A stretch of DNA of 64,000 nucleotides, taken from NCBI GenBank assembly GCA_002269645.1, contig NIVC01000598.1, positions 1 to 64,000 on the forward strand, in the 5' to 3' direction. The DNA is from Macrostomum lignano. Lineage: Eukaryota. The notes under the pieces were generated by a model. That model did no database searches, was not told the DNA's origin, and saw only the letters and a program-made list of their open reading frames with translations. The position numbers were made by a program, and so were the translations under genes. Below, piece by piece: positions 35,101-46,800 of this stretch. Each line of letters opens with the position of its first letter. Positions within the stretch are counted from its first letter, which is position 1.

Positions 35101-38100
35101 GTGTTTGAGAGCTGTCTGATTGTTTGAGAGCTCTATGATTGTGTTTGAGAGCTCCATGATTGTGTTTGAGAGCTGTCTGATTGTTTGAGAGCTGTATGAT
35201 TGTGTTTGAGAGCTCTATGATTGTGTTTGACAGCTCTATGATTGTGTTTGAGAGCTGTATGATTGTGTTTGAGAGCTCTATGATTGTGTTTGAGAGCTCT
35301 ATGATTGTGTTTGAGAGCTGTCTGATTGTGTTTGAGAGCTCTATGATTGTGTTTGAGAGCTGTATGATTGTGTTTGAGAGCTGTATGATTGTGTTTGAGA
35401 GCTCTATGATTGTGTTTGAGAGCTCTATGATTGTGTTTGAGAGCTCTATGATTGTGTTTGAGAGCTGTATGATTGTGTTTGAGAGCTCTATGATTGTGTT
35501 TGAGAGCTGTCTGATTGTGTTTGAGAGCTGTCTGATTGTGTTTGAGAGCTGTCTGATTGTGTTTGACAGCTCTATGATTGTGTTTGAGAGCTGTATGATT
35601 GTGTTTGAGAGCTCTATGATTGTGTTTGAGAGCTCCATGATTGTGTTTGAGAGCTGTCTGATTGGGTTTGAGAGCTCCATGATTGTGTTTGAGAGCTGTC
35701 TGATTGTTTGAGAGCTCTATGATTGTGTTTGAGAGCTCCATGATTGTGTTTGAGAGCTGTCTGATTGTGTTTGAGAGCTGTATGATTGTGTTTGAGAGCT
35801 GTCTGATTGTTTGAGAGCTCTATGATTGTGTTTGAGAGCTCCATGATTGTGTTTGAGAGCTGTCTGATTGTTTGAGAGCTGTCTGATTGTGTTTGAGAGC
35901 TCTATGATTGTGTTTGAGAGCTGTATGATTGTGTTTGAGAGCTGTCTGATTGTGTTTGAGAGCTCTATGATTGTGTTTGAGAGCTGTATGATTGTGTTTG
36001 AGATCTCTATGATTGTGTTTGAGAGCTCTATGATTGTGTTTGAGAGCTCTATGATTGTGTTTGAGAGCTGTATGATTGTGTTTGAGAGCTGTATGATTGT
36101 GTTTGAGAGCTCTATGATTGTGTTTGAGAGCTCTATGATTGTGTTTGAGAGCTGTATGATTGTGTTTGAGAGCTGTCTGATTGTGTTTGAGAGCTGTCTG
36201 ATTGTGTTTGAGAGCTGTCTGATTGTGTTTGAGAGCTCTATGATTGTGTTTGAGAGCTGTATGATTGTGTTTGAGAGCTGTATGATTGTGTTTGAGAGCT
36301 CTATGATTGTGTTTGAGAGCTGTCTGATTGTGTTTGAGAGCTCTATGATTGTGTTTGAGAGCTGTATGATTGTGTTTGAGAGCTCTATGATTGTGTTTGA
36401 GAGCTCTATGATTGTGTTTGAGAGCTCTATGATTGTGTTTGAGAGCTCTATGATTGTGTTTGAGAGCTGTCTGATTGTGTTTGAGAGCTCTATGATTGTG
36501 TTTGAGAGCTGTATGATTGTGTTTGAGAGCTGTATGATTGTGTTTGAGAGCTCTATGATTGTGTTTGAGAGCTGTATGATTGTGTTTGAGAGCTCTATGA
36601 TTGTGTTTGAGAGCTGTATGATTGTGTTTGAGAGCTCTATGATTGTGTTTGAGAGCTGTCTGGTTGTGTTTGAGAGCTCTATGATTGTGTTTGAGAGCTC
36701 CATGATTGTGTTTGAGAGCTGTATGATTGTGTTTGAGAGCTCTATGATTGTGTTTGAGAGCTGTCTGATTGTGTTTGAGAGCTCTATGATTGTGTTTGAG
36801 AGCTCTATGATTGTGTTTGAGAGCTCTATGATTGTGTTTGAGAGCTGTATGATTGTGTTTGAGAGCTCTATGATTGTGTTTGAGAGCTGTCTGATTGTGT
36901 TTGAGAGCTGTATGATTGTGTTTGAGAGCTGTCTGATTGTGTTTGAGAGCTGTCTGATTGTGTTTGACAGCTCTATGATTGTGTTTGAGAGCTGTATGAT
37001 TGTGTTTGAGAGCTCTATGATTGTGTTTGAGAGCTCTCTGATTGTGTTTGACAGCTCTATGATTGTGTTTGAGAGCTGTATGATTGTGTTTGAGAGCTCT
37101 ATGATTGTGTTTGAGAGCTCCATGATTGTGTTTGAGAGCTGTCTGATTGTGTTTGAGAGCTCCATGATTGTGTTTGAGAGCTGTCTGATTGTTTGAGAGC
37201 TCTATGATTGTGTTTGAGAGCTCTATGATTGTGTTTGAGAGCTGTATGATTGTGTTTGAGAGCTGTATGATTGTGTTTGAGAGCTCTATGGTTGTGTTTG
37301 AGAGCTGTCTGATTGTGTTTGAGAGCTCTATGATTGTGTTTGAGAGCTCTATGATTGTGTTTGAGAGCTCTATGATTGTGTTTGAGAGCTGTCTGATTGT
37401 GTTTGAGAGCTCTATGATTGTGTTTGAGAGCTCTATGATTGTGTTTGAGAGCTGTATGATTGTGTTTGAGAGCTCTATGATTGTGTTTGAGAGCTGTCTG
37501 ATTGTGTTTGAGAGCTGTATGATTGTGTTTGAGAGCTCTATGATTGTGTTTGAGAGCTCTATGATTGTGTTTGAGAGCTCTATGATTGTGTTTGAGAGCT
37601 GTATGATTGTGTTTGAGAGCTCTATGGTTGTGTTTGAGAGCTCTATGATTGTGTTTGAGAGCTCTATGATTGTGTTTGAGAGCTCTATGATTGTGTTTGA
37701 GAGCTCTATGATTGTGTTTGAGAGCTCTATGATTGTGTTTGAGAGCTCTATGATTGTGTTTGAGAGCTCTATGATTGTGTTTGAGAGCTCTATGATTGTG
37801 TTTGAGAGCTCTATGATTGTGTTTGAGAGCTGTCTGATTGTGTTTGAGAGCTCTATGATTGTGTTTGAGAGCTGTATGATTGTGTTTGAGAGCTGTCTGA
37901 TTGTGTTTGAGAGCTCTATGATTGTGTTTGAGAGCTCTATGATTGTGTTTGAGAGCTGTCTGATTGTGTTTGAGAGCTCTATGATTGTGTTTGAGAGCTG
38001 TATGATTGTGTTTGAGAGCTGTATGATTGTGTTTGAGAGCTCTATGATTGTGTTTGAGAGCTGTATGATTGTGTTTGAGAGCTCTATGATTGTGTTTGAG

Positions 38101-41100
38101 AGCTGTATGATTGTGTTTGAGAGCTCTATGATTGTGTTTGAGAGCTGTCTGGTTGTGTTTGAGAGCTCTATGATTGTGTTTGAGAGCTCCATGATTGTGT
38201 TTGAGAGCTGTATGATTGTGTTTGAGAGCTCTATGATTGTGTTTGAGAGCTGTCTGATTGTGTTTGAGAGCTCTATGATTGTGTTTGAGAGCTCTATGAT
38301 TGTGTTTGAGAGCTCTATGATTGTGTTTGAGAGCTGTATGATTGTGTTTGAGAGCTCTATGATTGTGTTTGAGAGCTGTCTGATTGTGTTTGAGAGCTGT
38401 ATGATTGTGTTTGAGAGCTGTCTGATTGTGTTTGAGAGCTGTCTGATTGTGTTTGACAGCTCTATGATTGTGTTTGAGAGCTCTATGATTGTGTTTGAGA
38501 GCTCTATGATTGTGTTTGAGAGCTCTCTGATTGTGTTTGACAGCTCTATGATTGTGTTTGAGAGCTGTATGATTGTGTTTGAGAGCTCTATGATTGTGTT
38601 TGAGAGCTCCATGATTGTGTTTGAGAGCTGTCTGATTGTGTTTGAGAGCTCCATGATTGTGTTTGAGAGCTGTCTGATTGTTTGAGAGCTCTATGATTGT
38701 GTTTGAGAGCTCTATGATTGTGTTTGAGAGCTGTATGATTGTGTTTGAGAGCTGTATGATTGTGTTTGAGAGCTCTATGGTTGTGTTTGAGAGCTGTCTG
38801 ATTGTGTTTGAGAGCTCTATGATTGTGTTTGAGAGCTCTATGATTGTGTTTGAGAGCTCTATGATTGTGTTTGAGAGCTGTCTGATTGTGTTTGAGAGCT
38901 CTATGATTGTGTTTGAGAGCTCTATGATTGTGTTTGAGAGCTGTATGATTGTGTTTGAGAGCTCTATGATTGTGTTTGAGAGCTGTCTGATTGTGTTTGA
39001 GAGCTGTATGATTGTGTTTGAGAGCTCTATGATTGTGTTTGAGAGCTCTATGATTGTGTTTGAGAGCTCTATGATTGTGTTTGAGAGCTGTATGATTGTG
39101 TTTGAGAGCTCTATGGTTGTGTTTGAGAGCTCTATGATTGTGTTTGAGAGCTCTATGATTGTGTTTGAGAGCTCTATGATTGTGTTTGAGAGCTCTATGA
39201 TTGTGTTTGAGAGCTCTATGATTGTGTTTGAGAGCTCTATGATTGTGTTTGAGAGCTCTATGATTGTGTTTGAGAGCTCTATGATTGTGTTTGAGAGCTC
39301 TATGATTGTGTTTGAGAGCTGTCTGATTGTGTTTGAGAGCTCTATGATTGTGTTTGAGAGCTGTATGATTGTGTTTGAGAGCAGTCTGATTGTGTTTGAG
39401 AGCTCTATGATTGTGTTTGAGAGCTCTATGATTGTGTTTGAGAGCTCTATGATTGTGTTTGAGAGCTCCATGATTGTGTTTGAGAGCTCTATGATTGTGT
39501 TTGAGAGCTGTCTGATTGTGTTTGAGAGCTCTATGATTGTGTTTGAGAGCTCTATGATTGTGTTTGAGAGCTGTATGATTGTGTTTGAGAGCTCTATGAT
39601 TGTGTTTGAGAGCTGTCTGATTGTGTTTGAGAGCTGTCTGATTGTGTTTGAGAGCTGTCTGATTGTGTTTGACAGCTCTATGATTGTGTTTGAGAGCTGT
39701 ATGATTGTGTTTGAGAGCTCTATGATTGTGTTTGAGAGCTGTCTGATTGTGTTTGAGAGCTCTATGATTGTGTTTGAGAGCTCTATGATTGTGTTTGAGA
39801 GCTGTATGATTGTGTTTGAGAGCTCTATGATTGTGTTTGAGAGCTGTATGATTGTGTTTGACGGCTCTATGATTGTGTTTGAGAGCTCTATGATTGTGTT
39901 TGAGAGCTCTCAGCAAATGTTTAGAGATTGTGTTTGAGAGCTCTATGATTGTGTTTGAGAGCTGTATGATTGTGTTTGAGAGCTCTATGATTGTGTTTGA
40001 CAGCTCTATGATTGTGTTTGAGAGCTCTATGATTGTGTTTGACAGCTCTATGATTGTGTTTGAGAGCTCTATGATTGTGTTTGAGAGCTCTATGATTGTG
40101 TTTGAGAGCTCTATGATTGTGTTTGACAGCTCTATGATTGTGTTTGAGAGCTGTATGATTGTGTTTGAGAGCTCTCAGCAAATGTTTAGAGATTGTGTTT
40201 GAGAGCTCTATGATTGTGTTTGAGAGCTCTATGATTGTGTTTGAGAGCTCTATGATTGTGTTTGACAGCTCTCAGTAAATGTTTAGAGATTGTGTTTGAG
40301 AGCTCTATGATTGTGTTTGACAGCTCTCAGTAAATGTTTAGAGATTGTGTTTGAGAGCTCTATGATTATGTTCGAGCGCTCTAAACTTGTGCTGAGAGCT
40401 CTATGGATTGTTTTTGAGAACTCTATGATTTTGCTGGGAGCTTAAGGACTCTGCTGAGGGCTCTAAGATTCTGCTGAGGGCTCTAGGATTCTGCTGAGGG
40501 CTCTAGGATTCTGCTGAGGGCTCTAGGATTCTGCTGAGGGCTCTAAGATTCTGCTGAGGACTCCAGGATTCTGCTGAGGGCTCTAGGATTCTGCTGAGGG
40601 CTCTAGGATTCTGCTGAGGGCTCTAGGATTCTGCTGAGGGCTCTAAGATTCTGCTGAGGGCTCTAGGATTCTGCTGAGGGCTCTAGGATTCTGCTGAGGG
40701 CTCTAGGATTCTGCTGAGGGCTCTAGGATTCTGCTGAGGGCTCTAGGATTCTGCTGAGGGCTCTAGGATTCTGCTAAGGGCTCCAGGATTCTGCTAAGGG
40801 CTCTAAAAGTTTGCTTCAACAAACTTTTGAACCAACTGCTCAAGAAGACTCGGGACGCAGAAGAAAGCACTGGGCCAGCTTCAAAAATGTGAAACCTCAC
40901 AATTTTAAAGTGCCACGAGTCTTCTGGCCGCCCTAGCGGGGTCTCTGACAGCCTGGCGGTCGCTCACCTGTTCAGCAGGCCGACCCCGACCGGGTCCGCG
41001 GCCGCCAGGGCCGGTCCGGCAAACAGATCCGGCCAGTTTCGGCCGGACGGCCGGACTGCCTGACTGCCGCTGCCGCCCGCCCTTCGCTGCTGCTGCTGGC

Positions 41101-43721
41101 GCTGCTGGCGCTTGGCCCCCTGGTCTGGCATGGCTGCGGGCTGGCTGGCTTTGCTCAGCCATTTCTGCCTCAACTGGCTTCAATTTATCCCCTGCATGGG
41201 CCCGCTTCTTCCCCGAGCGCAATGCACCTCTGTCAGCGGCGGGCCAGAGAGAAAGGGACTCTAACCGAGTTACGTCAGGACTCGCAGCTACTCTCTGAGA
41301 CAATTATTTGGGGATGAAACGGATGAGTCTGCGACTTTTTTCTTTGCGCTCCTTTTTTGGGCGTAAAGAAATGCGCAAATTCGATTCCCCGCCAACTCGA
41401 TCTGTGAGGGACGGCGGCCGGAGAAAAGAACTTGGGGACTTTTCTGCGCTTCTTGTGTTTTTTGCTTTGTAAGGCCGAAGGAAATTTGAAAGATCGAATT
41501 TGCCGCTCATAATTGACTTTCTGCGTCAGTGGGTGACGAGCCGTCAATCGGACTGACTCTCGAATTTCACCGAATCTTTCACTGTCGATTGGTTGGCTTG
41601 GAATTTTGGTTCCGTTCTAACTAATACTTTCTCTCATTTTATTCTAGATTACTGCAGGCTTTTTGCATGGTGATCGATAAACAAGTGAGTCAGTGCGTTA
41701 AGCAGAATTGGACACGGTTAATACGCAGTTGAATAGGCTGTTCGCAACCACCACCAACTCAAGGCAGCTGCAGTTGAGCAAATGGTCAATCAAGTTGAAC
41801 TCCAACTCACCCTGCTGTGATTGGGCAGCAGTTCTGAGCTGCAGTTCACTCTGCTGTGATTGGGCAGCAGCTCTGAGCTGCAGTTCACTCTGCTGTGATT
41901 GGGCAGCAGCTCTGAGCTGCAGTTCACCCTGCTGTGATTGGGCAGCAGCTCTGAGCTGCAGTTCACTCTGCTGTGATTGGGCAGCAGCTCTGAGCTGCAG
42001 TTCACTCTGCTGTGATTGGGAAGCAGCTCTGAGCTGCAGTTCACCCTGCTGTGATTGGGCAGCAGCTCTGAGCTGCAGTTCACCCTGCTGTGATTGGGTG
42101 GCAGCTCTAAGAGGAGACACTATGGCTCCAATGTCAGTGCACCTGTACTCAGGAGACACTATGGCTCCAATGTCAGTGCACCTGTACTCAGGAGACACTA
42201 TGGCTCGAATGTCAGTGCACCTGTACTCAGGAGACACTATGGCTCCAATGTCAGTGCACCTGTACTCAGGAGACACTATGGCTCCCAATGTAAATGCACC
42301 TGTACTCAGGAGACACTATGGCTCCCAATGTCAATGCACCTGTACTCAGGAGACACTATGGCTCGAATGTCAGTGCACCTGTACTCAGGAGACAGTATGG
42401 CTCCAATGTCAGTGCACCTGTACTCAGGAGACACTATGGCTCCAATGTCAGTGCACCTTTCGTACTGAGTGGATCTAAGCAACCCCAAGGTACTGTCAAC
42501 TTACGAGTCCATTCTCTTGTAGTCAGCCGCCATGCTTTTCCACCTTTGCTCCCCTGGCCGCCGAATATTTGCAGTCTGCCGCAGAAATCGTGATCTTCCC
42601 TAATCTACACAATCTTCTTTCTGGGGAGGTGCTTAAAAAGAAGCAGAGCAGAGCAGAGCGTTTTTCTGGAAAGCTGTCGGAAGCCATTGGCTGGGACGGC
42701 GGCCTCTGCTTGTCCCTCCGAAAGAGTTCCAGATTTGCCATCGAATCACTGGGAGCAAGTTCACCATTTTTTTCCCGATTGCCAGTTCATTAAAATTTTG
42801 TGATTCCATGAAAAAATTTAGCTGGTATTACTCGCACTAAACTACTAGCGAGTAGAAATTCGAAAATTCAAGAAAATTCAGTTTGTTACATATGATGAAT
42901 TTCATATGGAACTCATCTTTAATTGACTGGTCTGAGCTATACCTTGTCCTGGGTTGAGTCCTGTATGGCAGAATGTATAGCTGTATAGAGTCAGAATATA
43001 GGTAAATGAAAAATCAGTTCTTACTACTTAATCTGGCCGTGGAGTTGGATAAATGAATATAAATCCCTGATTCGCCTGCCTGCAGAGAAGCTGTCGTCTC
43101 AGATATTGATGAAAATATCACGTGACAGCTGTGCTCTGCCCTCGTTGAGTAATATTTTCGCAGAAATCAGCATTTCAAAAAGCTTCTTTCTTTTAGAAAT
43201 ATTTACCTTTATCACGTTTCATTTACTGTCTTATTTTGTTGAAACTATGTTGGACTAGGAAGTTAACTCAGGGCTCACTTCACGAGTAGGCTTGCATGAA
43301 ACTCTGCTAGCACAGGGGTTGTAGCCTAGTGGTTAGAACGTCCGACTCACGGCTGAAACGTCTGGGGTTCGATTTTCGACCCACTCTGCATTGCTTCAGT
43401 TCACCCAGCCGTAAAATGGGTGCCAGCATTAGCTGGGGTAGTTGAGGGTGTGTGGCGACCACCCAGTCTTGGCTAACTGAATAGTAATCAATTATTATTA
43501 TTAGTTATGCATCACAGTGCACTTCAGAATAGTTTGATCCAGAAATCTAGGAGCAACACGCTTGGGATTTAAGAACTAAATGTAGAGCCGTTTGAAAGCA
43601 GCTTTTGAAAAGCCATTGCAGCAGGCTCACGGATACTCGTAGATGCAGATATTGCAGGCAGCGGCAGCGGCACTGCTTGATTGATTCTGGCTGAGTTCGG
43701 GATCTCCACTCTTGCCCTGAG

Positions 43722-43804
<83 letters not shown>

Positions 43805-46800
43805 AATTCCGCTACCGACTCCGCCAAAGCAAGCAGGCATGCGTGCTCGATTCCCGCCGCATGACCAGCTTTCACTCTTGCACTCTGAAGGCTGGTCGGA
43901 GTTGGCTGGCGCTTTTCCTTGACTCCACTTCGATTCTATTCTGTATTTGCATTCATTTTTGCGCAACTTTTTCTCCTGGCTAAACAGGCACGGCGCTGAC
44001 GAATTGGTCCGGTCCGTCATGGATTTATTGACAAGCCTAGATGGGGGGCCCGCAACTTTCACTGACTGTAGGGGAGACCATCAGGACCTGCTGGTTCATC
44101 GGAGGGGTCAATCAGAGGGGCATTCTTGGCAAAGCAATGTTGTTGTTGTTGGCTGGCAATTATTGACCCATTGACTATGACTTTGAGATGAGTCTTGCGG
44201 TAATGCTAAATCAGCCGACAGATACCCCTGGGCTGTTGACTCGAAGCAGTCTAACGTGTTTCAGCCTCTAAAATTTAACAACTCAGTCTGAGACAGTGTA
44301 GAAACATCAGAGCCCTGACCCGTAGCAAAACCAAAGCCAAGGGTTTTGTGCAGCTGATGCAGTGCTGGCTCTGCGGGGGTTGCAGTTCCCTATCTTGTTT
44401 CTACAGAAGCTCAGAACTGCCACCCAATCACAGCAGGGTGAACTGCAGCCCAGAGCTGCTGCCCAATCACAGCAGAGTGAACTGCAGCCCAGAGCTGCTG
44501 CCCAATCACAGCAGAGTGAACTGCAGCTCAGAGCTGCTGCCCAATCACAGCAGGGTGAACTGCAGCTCAGAACTGCCACCCAATCACAGCAGGGTGAACT
44601 GCAGCCCAGAGCTGCTGCCCAGTCACAGCAGAGTGAACTGCAGCTCAGAGCTGCTGCCCAATCACAGCAGAGTGAACTGCAGCTCAGAGCTGCTGCCCAA
44701 TCACAGCAGGGTGAACTACAGCTCAGAACTGCCACCCAATCACAGCAGGGTGAACTGCAGCCCAGAGCTGCTGCCCAATCACAGCAGAGTGAACTGCAGC
44801 CCAGAGCTGCTGCCCAATCACAGCAGAGTGAACTGCAGCCCAGAGCTGCTGCCCAATCACAGCAGGGTGAACTGCAACTCAGAAATGCCACCCAATCACA
44901 CCAGGGTGAACTGCAGCCCAGAGCTGCTGCCCAATCACAGCAGAGTGAACTGCAGCTCAGCTTGGTTGACCACTTGCTCATTGTGGCCGCTCTTGAGGCA
45001 TGACCAAAGCAGCCTCTTCATCTGCATACTAACCCCGGCAAACTCTGCTTAACTTGCAGCACTGACTGCAAATGCGCTAGCTCTTAGGCTGTCCCGTAGA
45101 CAACACATAGTATAAATATCGATTAATTACTCGTTCATCACTAGATTGATTTCGAATTGGAAAATCTGGTAGCGTTAATGATGAATTGAGAGCAGGTAGA
45201 TGATCAATTACCTTTTAACTTCGGGTTATCCCAGTAACAAGCCAAGAATTTGACTGTAAAAGTGCAGGAGAAATATTGCTCTTTAACAACTTGGTCCCTC
45301 CCCCAGCTGACAGCCGGGCCGGGCTGAGCCGCAGTTTGCACAGGGCAAAGCCTGCGCTGGGCTCGAGTTTCGCGGAGTTCCTGTTTCAGCCGAGGAGGAA
45401 GCGGCCGGCCAGTTGCTGCGGGGCCCCAATTTGCCGTTGTGTCAAGCGACCGGCCTCGATGACTGATTGCTGCGTTTTTTCAATCTCCAAACAAGAGCGG
45501 GTGGGGCCGGTGCCAAGCTGAGTTTGTCTAACCGCTCCTGGCAGGGAAAGCGGCCGGCCCCTCCCCTATTATACAGAGACAATGAGGCCAAGTGGACAGG
45601 CGGATTAACTGCAAAAACTTTTCCCGATTGGCTACGCCACAGAATCAGAGATCTCTGCCATTGCTCTCATCTCTGCTGGAGAAAGATTTGAGGCGGCGGG
45701 GAACAGAGTGAAAGAGAGTTTTATTGCCGACCCCGGGGCTATCAGCAGCCTCCCTCCCTGTTCTCCCATTATGCTATTGGCAGCACTTAGGCGGCAGGGA
45801 AATCATTTTATTATGTGGAGGAGGCCGCCACCTCAGATAGGCCTTAATAACTGTCCGACTCGCAGCATCCCGCCGCATTCATGCTTTGGCAACCATTTGG
45901 GCGGCTTCCGGCATCCTCGCGCCGAGAGCTGAGGCAGGGTCGGAGACTGCGTGCTCTGCACAAAAGTGATTTATGATTTCTGGCTCCGAGCTGCGGTATC
46001 TTTCCTAAGGACTGGAGAGGCATTAGGAAAGCAATTTCGTAATGAGATACAGAAGCTCCGCTAGGACCGGCCAGAAGAATCAGAAGAATCAGATTCCCGC
46101 GTCGGTCAGGCTTGGGTTGTAGCTTGGGATTTCAAGGCGGACCGGGTGCAGATTTTCAGGTACACTGAAGCTCTGCAGTCCATGGAGCAGTGGTGGCTAA
46201 GGGAGAGGCTCTCTGCAGTCCATGGAGCAGTGGTGGCTAAGGGAGAGGCTCTCTGCAGTCCATGGAGCAGTGGTGGCTAAGGGAGAGGCTCTCTGCAGTC
46301 CATGGAGCAGTGGTGGCTAAGGGAGAGGCTCTCTGCAGTCCATGGAGCAGTGGTGGCTAAGGGAGAGGCTCTCTGCAGTCCATGGGGCAGTGGTGGCTAA
46401 GGGAGAGGCTCTCTGCAGTCCATGGGGCAGTGGTGGCTAAGGGAGAGGCTCTCTGCAGTCCATGGGGCAGTGGTGGCTAAGGGAGAGGCTCTCTGCAGTC
46501 CATGGGGCAGTGTTGGCTAAGGAAGAGGCTCTCTGCAGTCCATGGGGCAGTGGTGGCTAAGGAAGAGGCTCTCTGCAGTCCATGGGGCAGTGGTGGCTAA
46601 GGGAGAGGCTCTCTGCAGTCCATGGGGCAGTGGTGGCTAAGGAAGAGGCTCTCTGCAGTCCATGGAGCAGTGGTGGCTAAGGGAGAGGCTCTCTGCAGTC
46701 CATGGAGCAGTGGTGGCTAAGGGAGAGGCTCTCTGCAGTCCATGGGGCAGTGGTGGCTAAGGGAGAGGCTCTCTGCAGTCCATGGGGCAGTGGTGGCTAA

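Noticed and set aside
34173-40202. Very long ORFs (up to 944 aa: LSNTIIE, KHNHRAL, MIVFESS repeats)
   Set aside because: They are by-products of a stop-free 21-bp satellite. Several frames are open at once, they swap at short units, and the region is a TRPC intron.
43315-43390. Functional tRNA gene
   Set aside because: A and B boxes are present but there is no intact acceptor stem or T-run terminator, and the sequence continues into a SINE body and tail.
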